Positions 47,152 to 57,142 of a stretch of DNA of 64,000 nucleotides are shown piece after piece. The stretch is from Pyrinomonadaceae bacterium (GTDB lineage: Bacteria; Acidobacteriota; Blastocatellia; Pyrinomonadales; Pyrinomonadaceae): contig JAVEDE010000012.1 in NCBI GenBank assembly GCA_030841105.1, positions 7,079 to 71,078 on the forward strand. The letters run 5' to 3'. Position 1 is the stretch's first letter, and the number at the start of each line of letters is the position of its first letter. The translations under genes were made by a program, and so were the position numbers. Under the pieces are notes generated by a model. That model did not search any database and was not told the origin of the DNA. It saw only the letters and a program-made list of their open reading frames with translations.

Positions 47152-50100
47152 TCATTCTCGTCCGGCTTCGGCGGGCGCGGGCTTCGGCCGGTCGTTGACG
47201 TTGAACTTGGTCGGGGCGAGCACGGCGCGCGCTTCGGGGTTGTAGTAGTCGTAGACCACGGACGCGGCTGACTTGGCGGCGAGTCCGTAGCGCGGGCGGA
47301 AGGTGAACTGAAACTTCGTGCCCCCGGCGCGCGGCCAGAGGTAGACGACGAGGCGGTCGGGCAGCACGTCGTAGTGGCTGAACTCCCAGCCAGACTCTTT
47401 CATCGCCAGTTCGAGCGAGGCGCGATCCACGTCCGCGCCCGGCGGCAGTCCGACTTCGGCGAGCAGCATCCCGTAGCCACGATGCCCGACGCGTTCGGCC
47501 GCGACGCGACAGGTCACTGTGTCGCCCGTCGCGGCGGCCGTCCGGTCGAAGCCGACGCTCAGGCGCAGGGCGCGCGAGTCTTGCGGCCGCGCGTGCGTGC
47601 CGTCAGCGTTGGCCGCCGCCCACGGTCGGTAATAAGTCGTGACGAGTTGCGCGGTGGCGGCGAGAAGACCCGCGCCCGCCACGCGTTTGATCTCGACGCG
47701 GTTTGCGCCAGCGGCGACGAAGCGCGAGAGGTCGAGCGAGATGGGGTTCGCCGGTTCGTGCGTCGCCGGTAGCGTCAGCGTACCCGCGCTCTGCCCGTTG
47801 ACGAAGACTTCGACTTTTTGCGCCGCGCCCGTTTCGGACTGCGACGTGGTGACAGCAACCTTGTCGCCGCGCGTTGCGCCCGCCGCGCCCGTCGTCGTGC
47901 CAGACACGCCCGCCGTCGAGAGCGCGTTCAACGCGTCGAGCACGTTGACCGTCGCCTGCGTCGAGAGCCACACGCCGTAGCGATCCTTGTTCTTCAACAG
48001 GAACAGCAGGCCGCGATCAATGAGTTCGTCGGAAGAACGCTTCTCCGTCTTCGCGTCGCCGCCGTTGCTGTTCGCGTCGCCGCTTGCGCCCTTCGCGCCG
48101 TCGCCTCCGGCCTTCGTGAGCGCCTGCACGGCGAGGGCGGTGGTTTCGATGCGCCCGGCGTTGCCCCAGCCGTAGAAGGGCGTGTTGGTTTCGAGATTCC
48201 AGTAAGAGCCGTCGGCCTCTTCGTGCGCGAGCGCGCGCAGGCGACCGAGCGTGCGCGTGATCTTGTCCGCCGACTCGCCGCCGTCAATCGCGGCGAGCGC
48301 GTAGGAGGCGACGAGATACGGCTCGTCCCACTCTCCGGCGCGCGGCGCGAGATAGTCGAGAGCGCGGCGAAGCGGGGTCGCGGGCGTCGTGTTTGAAAGT
48401 TTAGTTTGATCAACTGACGGGCGCGCGGCGTTCGCCTGTTGCATGGCGAGGACGCGCGCGACGTAGGCCGTGAGCATCGCGTTGCGGCGATCACTGTCCG
48501 CGCTCTTGTCCCAGGAGTAAGCCGTCCAACTGCCGTCGGCGTTCTGCTGCCGGACGAGCCAGTCGCGCGTGCCGGCGATGACGCTCTCGTCAACGGAGAT
48601 GAAGTCGCGCGCGTCGGTCAGGAAGCGCAGGGCATAGGCCGTGAGCGCGAGGTCGGGTTCGCCGCGCCCCCAGTAGGAGAAGCCGCCGCTGTCGGAGCGG
48701 TAGGAGAGCAAACGTTCATAGCCTTGCCGGACGTAGCGCGCGGCCTTCGCGGCGATGGGCGGGGCGTTCGCGCCGTCCATCGCGCCGCCTGCCGTGCCGC
48801 CCGCGCGCCGGTAGTGGCGCAGCACGAGCAGGCTCGGATAGGTGGAGGAGATCGTCTGTTCGCCGCAGCCGTAGGGGCGCGACATGATCGCCTCGACGCT
48901 CTCGATGGCGTGCGTCATGAGGTTCGGGTAAATCTTCAACTCGGCGCGCGCCGTGCGCGGCAGCGCGTCTGTGGGGACATTCACTTCGAGCAGCGACGCC
49001 CCGCGCAAAATTTGCGTCGCGGTCGCCGCAACCTCCTCGCCGTCGGGGTGGACGTGGACGGGCTTTTCGATCTGATCGCTCGCCTCCGTGCCGATGGCCG
49101 TGATGCGCTGCAAACCTTCTTTGACGGAGGCGACGGCGCGGAAGTCGAACGTCTCGCGCGCGGCATCGCCCGCCGGGACGGTCGCTTGTTTGTGTGCGGG
49201 ACTGAGCAGCGTGAACCAGTCTTCGGGCTTGATGTCGAGCGCGACCGACTGCGCGCGTTCGAGGTAGTTGCGCAGGACGACGGGCAGGCTGATCTCGTCG
49301 CCTTCCGTCAGGATGCGCGGCGGGTCGTGTTCGACGAAGAACGGCATGAAGGAGCGTATCTCGCGTTCGACCGTGCCGAGTTCGCCCGTCTCGGTCGAGC
49401 CGATGATGGACATCTTCCAAGTGGTGATGTTGTCGGCGAGTTTGAAGCGGAGTTCGGCACGCCCGCGCGCGTCGGTTTCGACGGCGGGCTGCCAGTACAA
49501 AGTTTCGGGAAAGTCCTTGCGCAAGCGCGGCGTGGAGATCGGCGGCTGCGGCATGGGCGAATTTCCTCCCAACAATTTTAAGCTCTGCCTCGTGATGTTG
49601 GTCTGGATTTTGTTGTCGGTTGAGTCAACCGCCGACCCCGCCGCCGTGACCGTGACCGTCTCCGACACGTTGCCCACTTCGAGGCTGAGGTTCAACGTGG
49701 CGAGCGTCGCCGACTGCACCGGCACGTCCATCGCGACCGCTTGCTTGAACGCCGCCGCGTCCACGCGCACGGTGTAGAGTCCGGCGGGCAAGTTGCGCAG
49801 GAGGTATTTGCCCTCCTCGTCCGTCGTGGTCGTGAACACGCGGTCGGTCTGATACTGAGACGTGGCCGTGACGGTCGCGTTGGGTATGACCGCGCCCGAC
49901 GAGTCGAGGATCGTGCCGCCGATAGCTCCCGTGTCGCCCGAAAACGTGACGGCGACGGGCGCGATTTGCGGCTTCGCGTCCTGCGCCGATTGGTCGGAGA
50001 CGATGCGTGAAAACTCCGCGACGTTGAAATCGTCTGGCGTCCCCGCCTTCCCGTCCGCGCCCGCGCTGCGCAGCGTGATGAACTCCAACTGCCGCGTGAC

Positions 50101-53100
50101 GGGCGTCGCGTTCGTCTTCCCCGAAGGCAGTTGGCCGCCGGTCTGAACCTGCACGCGGTCGGCATAGCGCGACTCTGTGCGGAAGGTGGCGTAATAGTCT
50201 CTGCCCCAAGGGTCTTTCAAGTCGGCCGCGCCGAGTCCGACGCGCCGGAGCACTTCGCGCAACGCGGCCTCGTCGCGCGGGAAGCGTCCCGTCGCCGTGA
50301 GGTAGGCGGCGACGGCTGCGTCCACTCGCGCGCGCGTCTCCGCGAAGTAGTCCGTCCACGTCGTCCAGACGGAGAAGTCGTCGCCCATGTTGTTGCTGTT
50401 CAGGATTGAGGTGAGACGACCGTCGGGGCCGCCACTCAAAATACTGATCGAGTAGTTCGTGCCGTTGATCTCGAAGACGAGGGCGTAAGGGTTGCCCCAG
50501 CGATCACGCAGCGCGTCGAGGTCGAACTTGTCGCGGGCGAGTTCGCCCCTGAGCGTGGCGGCGTCGCGGACGAAGCCGCCGGTGCGCCGGTGGTAGGCGA
50601 TGACGGCGCGGTTGATGGCCTCGCCCGCCGGGCGAAAGTATTGCCAGTTGAAACGCGCCGCCGTCCAGTCGTCGTCCGTGCCGTGCCGTTTGTCCGCGCC
50701 CGCGCTCCTGAACTCCAACACGTCTTCGGAGCGTGCGACGGAGAAGTCGAGGCGATAGGGCGTGCCCCACGGGTCGCGCAACTCTTCGAGCGCGATGCCC
50801 GCGTCCGCGAGCAGGCGGTGCAGAGTCGCCGCGTCAGAAGGGTGCTCCGCACGCTCGTCGTAACGCGCCTTGAGCGCGTCGCGCGTCGCGCGCAGCCCGG
50901 CCGTGGCGAGCGCGCCGAAGACCTGCGTCTGGTTCGTGTTGTAGTGGGAAGAACTGAAATAGTTCGGGCGGTAGTATTCGTACTCGCGTTGGAGGAGCAG
51001 GTCGGCCACGGCGTCCACGCCTTCGGGGAGCGCGCGCCCGGCGTCGAGTTGCTCGATGTCGCGCAGGCCGAGGCCGCCGATTGATTCGAGGCCGTACCAA
51101 AATTGGTAGAAGTAGTTCGAGAAGCCGTAGGACGAGGCGAACTCCTGCTCGGTGCGCGCGCGCTCCTCGACGGCCTTGTCGAAGACGACCACGCCGAGCG
51201 CGCTCTCCACGCTGCGCCCCGAGGCGTTGCGCACGCGCACGCCCGCCGACGCCTCTTCGCCCGGCTGGTAACTCGCCTGACTCATCCGCACGTCGAACTT
51301 CAACTCGCGGTTGCGCGGGTAGACGACGGCGCGCGAGCCGCGCCCGTAATCGTCGTCGTAATCGTCTTCGGGAAATTCGGTCGAGTAGGCGGCGAGCGTG
51401 ATGCGGTTTTGAAACTCCGGCCGGTAGGGCACTTCGACGACCGCGTTGCCGCCGCGCAAGCGCGCGCTCTCCGTCGCCACGACGCGGTTGTTGCTCACCA
51501 CGTCCAGCAGAATCTTCAAGTCCTTGCGGTTGGAACTGACGCGCGCCGTGATGCCTTCGCCCGCGCGGTAGATCGTCTTGTCCGTCTCGACGCGCACGAC
51601 CGTCTGCTTCACGCGCCAGAAACTTTCGACGTGCCTGCCCGTGCGCCCCTCGCGGTCGCGCGCCTCGAAGTTGACGTAGATGTAACTATCGTCATCTTCC
51701 GTTATCTCCGAGCCGACGACTTTGGCGACGCCGTAAGCGTTCGTCTTGACCAGAGCGGGGACGCGCACGCCGTCCTCGTCGGTTGACGTGCGTGTGAGTT
51801 TCAACTCACACGCGGCGGGCGTGCCGTCGGCGTAAGAGGTGGAGACGTAGAAGGCGAGCGGCAGCCCCACGGCCTGCCGGTAGTTGCCCTGCGTGATGTA
51901 GATGTGAATCGGCTCGCGCGTCAGGCGCACGCGGAAGCGTCGCTGCTCGGTGCGGTTGGTGGTCGGGTCTGTGACGTAGGCGGCGTAGTTGAGATCGTCG
52001 AAGCGTTGCCACGAATTGCTCGCCAGTTCCGCGAACTCCTGCGCGAAGTTGACGCGCACGCGGAAACTTCCGTCCGCCCCCAACTCGCCCTCGTACTTGT
52101 CGCCCTCCTCGATGTCGTACTTCTGCTCGCGGTAATTCCACGCGCGCTCCGTCTCGCGCACGACGCGCACGCGCCCGCGCTTGAGCGGCTGGCCGAACAG
52201 GTAATCGCCGCGCACTTCCACCAGCGCGCTCTCGCCCGGCAGGTAGTAGCCGCGATCCGGCGTCGCGCTCACAGAGAAGTTCGGCAACTCGTAGCGACTG
52301 ATCTTGACGCGCAGGTAAGTTGCTTCGTCATCCGAGCCGCTCTCGTCCGACTGAACCCTGACGTTGTAGTCGCCGAGCCGCGTGTTGTCTGGGATCGGCC
52401 AGTCGCAACTGGCGACGCCGAAGCGCGAGGTCTTGAGCGGCGCGGTGAAGACGGTCGTGCCTTCCGGGTCTTCGATCTTGAGCGTGGCCGCGGTGTCGGC
52501 GAGGGCGCGGCGGGTCGCGTGGTTCAAGAGGAGCGCGCGCAGGTGGAGCGTCTGGCCGGGCTGGTAGAGCGGCTTGTCGCTCGTCAGCAGGATGCGCGTC
52601 GTCTGGTTGAGACTAATGTCGTCTGAGGCGGTCTGGACGACATCGCCGCGCCGCGCCGTCACTTTGATCTCGCCCTCGTCCGTCTTGATGTGCTCAGGGA
52701 ACTTGAAGTCGAGCGTGGCGTAGCCGTCCTTGTCCGTCATGCCCGTCAACTTCAACGCGTTGCTTTCGTCTTCCTCGTCATCTTTGTCATCTTCGTCGAA
52801 GACAACTTCGGCCGCGATCTCGACGCCGCGCACCGGGCGCGACGAGAGCGGGTGCGTGGCGCGCACGCGCACGCGGTAAAGCTGTCCCTCGTTAGCCTTG
52901 CTCGCCGCCGCCACGCGCAACTCGAAAAGATCGGGCGTGATCTCGGAGAGCGAGATGATCCCTGCGGCGCGCGTTGTCGCCGTCGTCGCTGCCGCCGTGT
53001 CCGTCGCGGTCGTGACCTCGTAGCGCAGGCGATACCAGAGGAGCAGGCTGACGTCCGCGCCGGGGCGCGTGAGGTTCGAGACGGGCAGGAAGGCCGCGAC

Positions 53101-53385
53101 GACGTTCGCGCCGGGCTTCAACGTCTCGCGCCGCTGCGTGCGCGCGATTACTTTGTCGTGCGGGTCGAGCAGTTCGAGTGTGACGTGCGCGGGCGCACTG
53201 CGTCCGGTGTCGTTCTCGACGGCGAGAGAGACTTTACCTTGACCTTCGACGAGCGTGATTCTCGTCGTCGCCTCGTTGACGCGAAGCGCAAAGGTTTGGG
53301 TTACGGCGTTGACAAGTGTTGTGACTGCGAGGGCGCAGAGACACACCTGTAGACAGGGTAGAAGGGAGAGCCATCTACGGCGCAT
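47152..53385 (-). CDS. Alpha-2-macroglobulin family protein with expanded bait region
   Basis: Signal peptide; MG domains (SDKPLYQPG, TDKTIYRAG), RKDFPETLYW, LADNITTW, thioester PYGCGEQ, C-terminal YDYYNP; GGAGG RBS. Confidence 0.9.
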   Translation of the reverse strand: MRRRWLSLLPCLQVCLCALAVTTLVNAVTQTFALRVNEATTRITLVEGQGKVSLAVENDTGRSAPAHVTLELLDPHDKVIARTQRRETLKPGANVVAAFLPVSNLTRPGADVSLLLWYRLRYEVTTATDTAAATTATTRAAGIISLSEITPDLFELRVAAASKANEGQLYRVRVRATHPLSSRPVRGVEIAAEVVFDEDDKDDEEDESNALKLTGMTDKDGYATLDFKFPEHIKTDEGEIKVTARRGDVVQTASDDISLNQTTRILLTSDKPLYQPGQTLHLRALLLNHATRRALADTAATLKIEDPEGTTVFTAPLKTSRFGVASCDWPIPDNTRLGDYNVRVQSDESGSDDEATYLRVKISRYELPNFSVSATPDRGYYLPGESALVEVRGDYLFGQPLKRGRVRVVRETERAWNYREQKYDIEEGDKYEGELGADGSFRVRVNFAQEFAELASNSWQRFDDLNYAAYVTDPTTNRTEQRRFRVRLTREPIHIYITQGNYRQAVGLPLAFYVSTSYADGTPAACELKLTRTSTDEDGVRVPALVKTNAYGVAKVVGSEITEDDDSYIYVNFEARDREGRTGRHVESFWRVKQTVVRVETDKTIYRAGEGITARVSSNRKDLKILLDVVSNNRVVATESARLRGGNAVVEVPYRPEFQNRITLAAYSTEFPEDDYDDDYGRGSRAVVYPRNRELKFDVRMSQASYQPGEEASAGVRVRNASGRSVESALGVVVFDKAVEERARTEQEFASSYGFSNYFYQFWYGLESIGGLGLRDIEQLDAGRALPEGVDAVADLLLQREYEYYRPNYFSSSHYNTNQTQVFGALATAGLRATRDALKARYDERAEHPSDAATLHRLLADAGIALEELRDPWGTPYRLDFSVARSEDVLEFRSAGADKRHGTDDDWTAARFNWQYFRPAGEAINRAVIAYHRRTGGFVRDAATLRGELARDKFDLDALRDRWGNPYALVFEINGTNYSISILSGGPDGRLTSILNSNNMGDDFSVWTTWTDYFAETRARVDAAVAAYLTATGRFPRDEAALREVLRRVGLGAADLKDPWGRDYYATFRTESRYADRVQVQTGGQLPSGKTNATPVTRQLEFITLRSAGADGKAGTPDDFNVAEFSRIVSDQSAQDAKPQIAPVAVTFSGDTGAIGGTILDSSGAVIPNATVTATSQYQTDRVFTTTTDEEGKYLLRNLPAGLYTVRVDAAAFKQAVAMDVPVQSATLATLNLSLEVGNVSETVTVTAAGSAVDSTDNKIQTNITRQSLKLLGGNSPMPQPPISTPRLRKDFPETLYWQPAVETDARGRAELRFKLADNITTWKMSIIGSTETGELGTVEREIRSFMPFFVEHDPPRILTEGDEISLPVVLRNYLERAQSVALDIKPEDWFTLLSPAHKQATVPAGDAARETFDFRAVASVKEGLQRITAIGTEASDQIEKPVHVHPDGEEVAATATQILRGASLLEVNVPTDALPRTARAELKIYPNLMTHAIESVEAIMSRPYGCGEQTISSTYPSLLVLRHYRRAGGTAGGAMDGANAPPIAAKAARYVRQGYERLLSYRSDSGGFSYWGRGEPDLALTAYALRFLTDARDFISVDESVIAGTRDWLVRQQNADGSWTAYSWDKSADSDRRNAMLTAYVARVLAMQQANAARPSVDQTKLSNTTPATPLRRALDYLAPRAGEWDEPYLVASYALAAIDGGESADKITRTLGRLRALAHEEADGSYWNLETNTPFYGWGNAGRIETTALAVQALTKAGGDGAKGASGDANSNGGDAKTEKRSSDELIDRGLLFLLKNKDRYGVWLSTQATVNVLDALNALSTAGVSGTTTGAAGATRGDKVAVTTSQSETGAAQKVEVFVNGQSAGTLTLPATHEPANPISLDLSRFVAAGANRVEIKRVAGAGLLAATAQLVTTYYRPWAAANADGTHARPQDSRALRLSVGFDRTAAATGDTVTCRVAAERVGHRGYGMLLAEVGLPPGADVDRASLELAMKESGWEFSHYDVLPDRLVVYLWPRAGGTKFQFTFRPRYGLAAKSAASVVYDYYNPEARAVLAPTKFNVNDRPKPAPAEAGRE

Positions 53386-53683
53386 GGGACACCTCCAAAT
53401 TGTGCGGCTGTGATGCGCGCCTCTCGCACAATGGTTGTTGCCCCGATCCAAAATAATATTTTTGGTGGGACGAAATTTTCGCAGCGCGCCTTCAAGCAAC
53501 CGCGCGCGAGCGGGCGAGCAACAAAGCGACAGCACACGGCTCGACTGTTTAGTCGCCACCACACGCACACGCAGTCTCAACGCGCGGGCAAAAAATAATT
53601 TCGCATCGCCCCGATCCTTTCGCGCCGCTTGCGGTAACAACAGACGGCCGAGAAGTTCTCGACGGAAACGAGCACCTCAGGTT

Positions 53684-54274
53684 TTGCCTGACACCGACAC
53701 AGACGAATCTCTACTCGCACGCGCACGTGCGGGCGACGAGGACGCGTTCCTCTCGATCTACACGCGCCATCGCGTGGCGATGTACCGCTTCGCCTGCCGC
53801 CTGCTCGGCGACGCGTCGGCCGCCGAAGACGTGACGCACGATTGTTTCCTGAGTCTCTTCCGACACCCGGAACGCTTCGACCCTGCGCGCGGCGCGTCGC
53901 TCCGCACCTATCTCTTCGCCGCCGTGCGCAACCTCTCTCTGAAACAGTTTCGGCGCGTGGCGCGCGAGACGTTGATTGACGAAGCGACGGACGAACAGTG
54001 CGCGCCCGTCGCCGAGCAGCCATTGAGCCGGATGCTCGAAGCCGAACTGTCGGCGGCGGTGCGCGCGGCCGTGGAGAGTCTCCCGGCGTTGCAGCGCGAG
54101 GTGTTGCTTTTGTTCGAGTTTGAAAATTTGAGTTTGCAGGAGATCGCCGTTGTGGTCGGCGCGGAAGTGAACACGGTGAAGTCGCGTCTGTCGCGCGCAC
54201 GCGCATCGTTGCGACGCGCGCTCGCCCCGCATCTCGCGGGGAACGCGGAGTTGATCGGGGCGTCGGAGAAGTAG
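53684..54274 (+). CDS. ECF RNA polymerase sigma factor; start uncertain
   Basis: GDEDAF, AEDVTHDCF, LRTYLF, LSLQEIA...TVKSRLSRAR. Confidence 0.92.
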   Translation: MPDTDTDESLLARARAGDEDAFLSIYTRHRVAMYRFACRLLGDASAAEDVTHDCFLSLFRHPERFDPARGASLRTYLFAAVRNLSLKQFRRVARETLIDEATDEQCAPVAEQPLSRMLEAELSAAVRAAVESLPALQREVLLLFEFENLSLQEIAVVVGAEVNTVKSRLSRARASLRRALAPHLAGNAELIGASEK

Positions 54275-54276
54275 AG

Positions 54277-55677
54277 ATGAGCGAGAAGAAGTCGAATCAA
54301 GATGCAACGCGCGCGCCCGGACGCTCAGGCGTCGAACTCGATCCGCACGAGGCGTCGTTCGCGTGCGAGTCTCCGAACGCGTCGGCGTTGGACGGTGATT
54401 TGAAAGCGTTGCTTGACGGTTGGCAGTCTCCCCAAGTCGTGCCCGCGTCGCTCGACGCGCGCGTCCTTAATTCGTATCGCGAACTGTTGAAGGAGAATGA
54501 AATGAATTTCCAACGCCCCGGCGACGCGCTCGCGCCGCAGTACGCCCTCTTGCCCGCGACGGGCGCGCCCGCCGACTACCGGCTCACAATTTTGGAGGAG
54601 CGCGGACTCTTCTCGCGCCTGCTCGCCGAAGTGCGCGAGACGGCGCACGACGCCGAACTCACGCGCGCCGAATTTCGCCGCGACCCGTTCGGCTTCGCGC
54701 GTCGCATGGGCGCGGCCTATGCCGCGATGACGTGGCGCGCGCTCCGGCAGGAGAACACGGCTTACGGCGTCGTCGCCGCCTTCGTCGTCGTCCTCACGCT
54801 CGTCGGCGCGGTCGCCGCGCTCAATAATTTTCAAGCGACGCGCGGCGGCCTGTTGGCCGAACGACTGCGCGAAGATTTGATCTACCTCGGCAGCGTGACG
54901 GAGATTCCGAAGGCGCAGCCGAAGCCCGACGAAGGCGCGGCTGGCATGGCGAAGGGCGCGGGCGGCGGCGCGAAGCCGCAGCAGGAGAAGCCGGGCGGCG
55001 GCGGTGGCGGCGGTCGCCTCGAAGACAAACCGGCCGTCCACGGCAAACTGCCGCAGGCGACGCTCGACCCGCAAGTGCTCGCGCCCGACCCGAAGCCGCC
55101 CGCCATCCAGAACCCTTCGCTCCCGACGGCCGCGACCATCCGCGCAGACCCCGTGCTGTTCCCCAACGACCCGCGCGCGATCAACTACGGCGACCCGAAG
55201 TCTAAAGCGACCGAACTCTCTTCCGGTTCGGGGAGCGGCAACGGCATCGGCGAGGGCACGGGCGGTGGCGTGGGTGTAGGCAACGGCACGGGCTACGGGG
55301 CGGGCGAGGGCTACAACACGGGCGGCGGCGCGCCGAAACACGGCGGCGGAGGCCCCGGCGGCGGTGGCGGCGGCACGGACTACGCGCGCACTTTCCGCGT
55401 CAATGAGGTGACGCGCAAAGCGCACATCACGGCCAAGCCCGAACCGCTCTACACGGAAGAGGCGCGCAAGAATCAAGTGACCGGCACGGTGCGCCTGCGC
55501 CTCGTGCTCTCCGCTACGGGTCAAGTGACGAGCATCACGCCGCTCACCAAGCTGCCCGACGGGCTGACGGAGAAGGCGATTGAGGCCGCGCGCAAGATTG
55601 GCTTCACGCCCGCCGAGAAGGACGGTCGCAAAGTTTCCCAGTGGGTCGTCATCGAGTACAACTTCAACATCTACTAA
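54277..55677 (+). CDS. Putative anti-sigma factor fused to TM, Gly/Pro linker and TonB C-terminal domain
   Basis: 2 bp after the ECF gene; N-terminal LKALLDGWQSP..PASLDARV; single TM; PEPLYTEEARKNQVTGTVRL...FTPAEKDG TonB_C. Confidence 0.75.
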   Translation: MSEKKSNQDATRAPGRSGVELDPHEASFACESPNASALDGDLKALLDGWQSPQVVPASLDARVLNSYRELLKENEMNFQRPGDALAPQYALLPATGAPADYRLTILEERGLFSRLLAEVRETAHDAELTRAEFRRDPFGFARRMGAAYAAMTWRALRQENTAYGVVAAFVVVLTLVGAVAALNNFQATRGGLLAERLREDLIYLGSVTEIPKAQPKPDEGAAGMAKGAGGGAKPQQEKPGGGGGGGRLEDKPAVHGKLPQATLDPQVLAPDPKPPAIQNPSLPTAATIRADPVLFPNDPRAINYGDPKSKATELSSGSGSGNGIGEGTGGGVGVGNGTGYGAGEGYNTGGGAPKHGGGGPGGGGGGTDYARTFRVNEVTRKAHITAKPEPLYTEEARKNQVTGTVRLRLVLSATGQVTSITPLTKLPDGLTEKAIEAARKIGFTPAEKDGRKVSQWVVIEYNFNIY

Positions 55678-55842
55678 AGTCCATTCAGTGCGACGAACGA
55701 CGGCGGCGACTCAAGTTTTAACGAGTCGCCGCCGTCGTTTTTTAACGAGTCGCCGCCATCGGTGTTTCTCGCGCCGCGCCCGTTATATACTGTCGGCTTC
55801 CGACGCCTCGATCCGCGCCGACGCATAAACGAGAGAACGCCC

Positions 55843-57066
55843 GTGACCGAAACATCTCCCCGCACCATCGTCTGCCTCGCCAGTTATTTCAAGGGCGGGG
55901 AGTTCCTGCGCGAGTGCCGACGGCAGAACTGCCGCGTCGTCCTCGTCACGAAAGAGAAGTGGCGCACCGAAGCGTGGCCGCACGACTCGATTGACGAGTT
56001 CGTCACGCTGCCGAACGACGCCTCGCCCGATCACTTCATCTACGCCGTCACGCAAGTTGCGCGTCGTCATAAGGTGGCGCGCGTCGTCGCGCTCGAAGAG
56101 TTCGACGTGATCACGGCCGGGTTGATCCGCGAGCACCTGCGCCTGCCCGGTCTGACGAGCGCGGAGGCGCGCCTGTTCCGCGACAAGCTGGCGATGCGCG
56201 GTGCGGCCGAGGCCGCGCGCGTCCGCGTGCCGGAGTTCGTCCACGTGCTCAACTACGCGGAGTTGGACGAGTTCATGCGTCGCGTGCCGCCGCCGTGGGT
56301 CTTGAAGCCGCGCACGGACGTGTCGGCCATCGGCATCAAGAAGGTGGAGGACGCCGAACAGGTCTGGCGCGCGATTGACGCGCTCGACGCGCGCGAGCGG
56401 CTCAACGAGCAGTCGTCCTTTTACCTGCTCGAACGTTTCGTCGCGGGCGAGGTTTATCACGTTGACTCGATCATCTCCGGGGGCAAGGCGGTGTTCGCGG
56501 GCGTCAGCGTCTACGGGCGGCCGCCGATGAACGTCGCGCACGACGGCGGCGTCTTCATCTCGCACTCGCTCGAACGCACAAACCCGGATCGGCGGAAGCT
56601 GTTGGAGATCAACCGGCAGGTCGTCAAAGCGCTCGGCCTGCGCCGCGGCGCGACGCATGCGGAGTTCATCAAGAGCGCGGCGGACGGCCAGCTTTATTTT
56701 CTCGAAATCGCCGCGCGCGTCGGCGGCGCGTACATCGCCGAGTCGTTGGAGGCGGCCAGCGGTCTCAACATCTGGCGCGAGTGGGCGAAGCTCGAACTGA
56801 GCGACGACCTCACGCGCCCGTATGTCGCCGAACCCACGCGCGAAGAGTACGGCGGCATCGTGCTCTCGCTCGCGCGGCAGGAGTGGCCGGACACAGATCA
56901 TTACACGGACGCGGAGATCGTCTACCGCGTGCGTAAGGCCTACCACGTCGGCCTCGTCGTGCGCTCGCCCGAACTCGCCCGCGTGCGCGAGTTGCTGCAA
57001 ACTTACGCCTGCCGCTTCGCAGACGAGTTCATCGCCGTCGCGCCGCCGCTCGAACGCGCGGAATGA
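55843..57066 (+). CDS. ATP-grasp domain protein
   Basis: FRDKLAMR, VLKPR, LLERFV, HAEFI, FLEIAARVGG. Confidence 0.85.
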   Translation: MTETSPRTIVCLASYFKGGEFLRECRRQNCRVVLVTKEKWRTEAWPHDSIDEFVTLPNDASPDHFIYAVTQVARRHKVARVVALEEFDVITAGLIREHLRLPGLTSAEARLFRDKLAMRGAAEAARVRVPEFVHVLNYAELDEFMRRVPPPWVLKPRTDVSAIGIKKVEDAEQVWRAIDALDARERLNEQSSFYLLERFVAGEVYHVDSIISGGKAVFAGVSVYGRPPMNVAHDGGVFISHSLERTNPDRRKLLEINRQVVKALGLRRGATHAEFIKSAADGQLYFLEIAARVGGAYIAESLEAASGLNIWREWAKLELSDDLTRPYVAEPTREEYGGIVLSLARQEWPDTDHYTDAEIVYRVRKAYHVGLVVRSPELARVRELLQTYACRFADEFIAVAPPLERAE

Positions 57067-57142
57067 GTTTGACGCGCGCTCGGCGTCAAACGTCGCCGAC
57101 CGGAGTTAAGTCCTCAACCACCTATCAGGAGTTAAACCTCAG

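Noticed and set aside
53440..53617. GCCCCGATCC direct repeat as an ECF promoter element
   Set aside because: Only 10 bp, same orientation despite divergent genes; insufficient support
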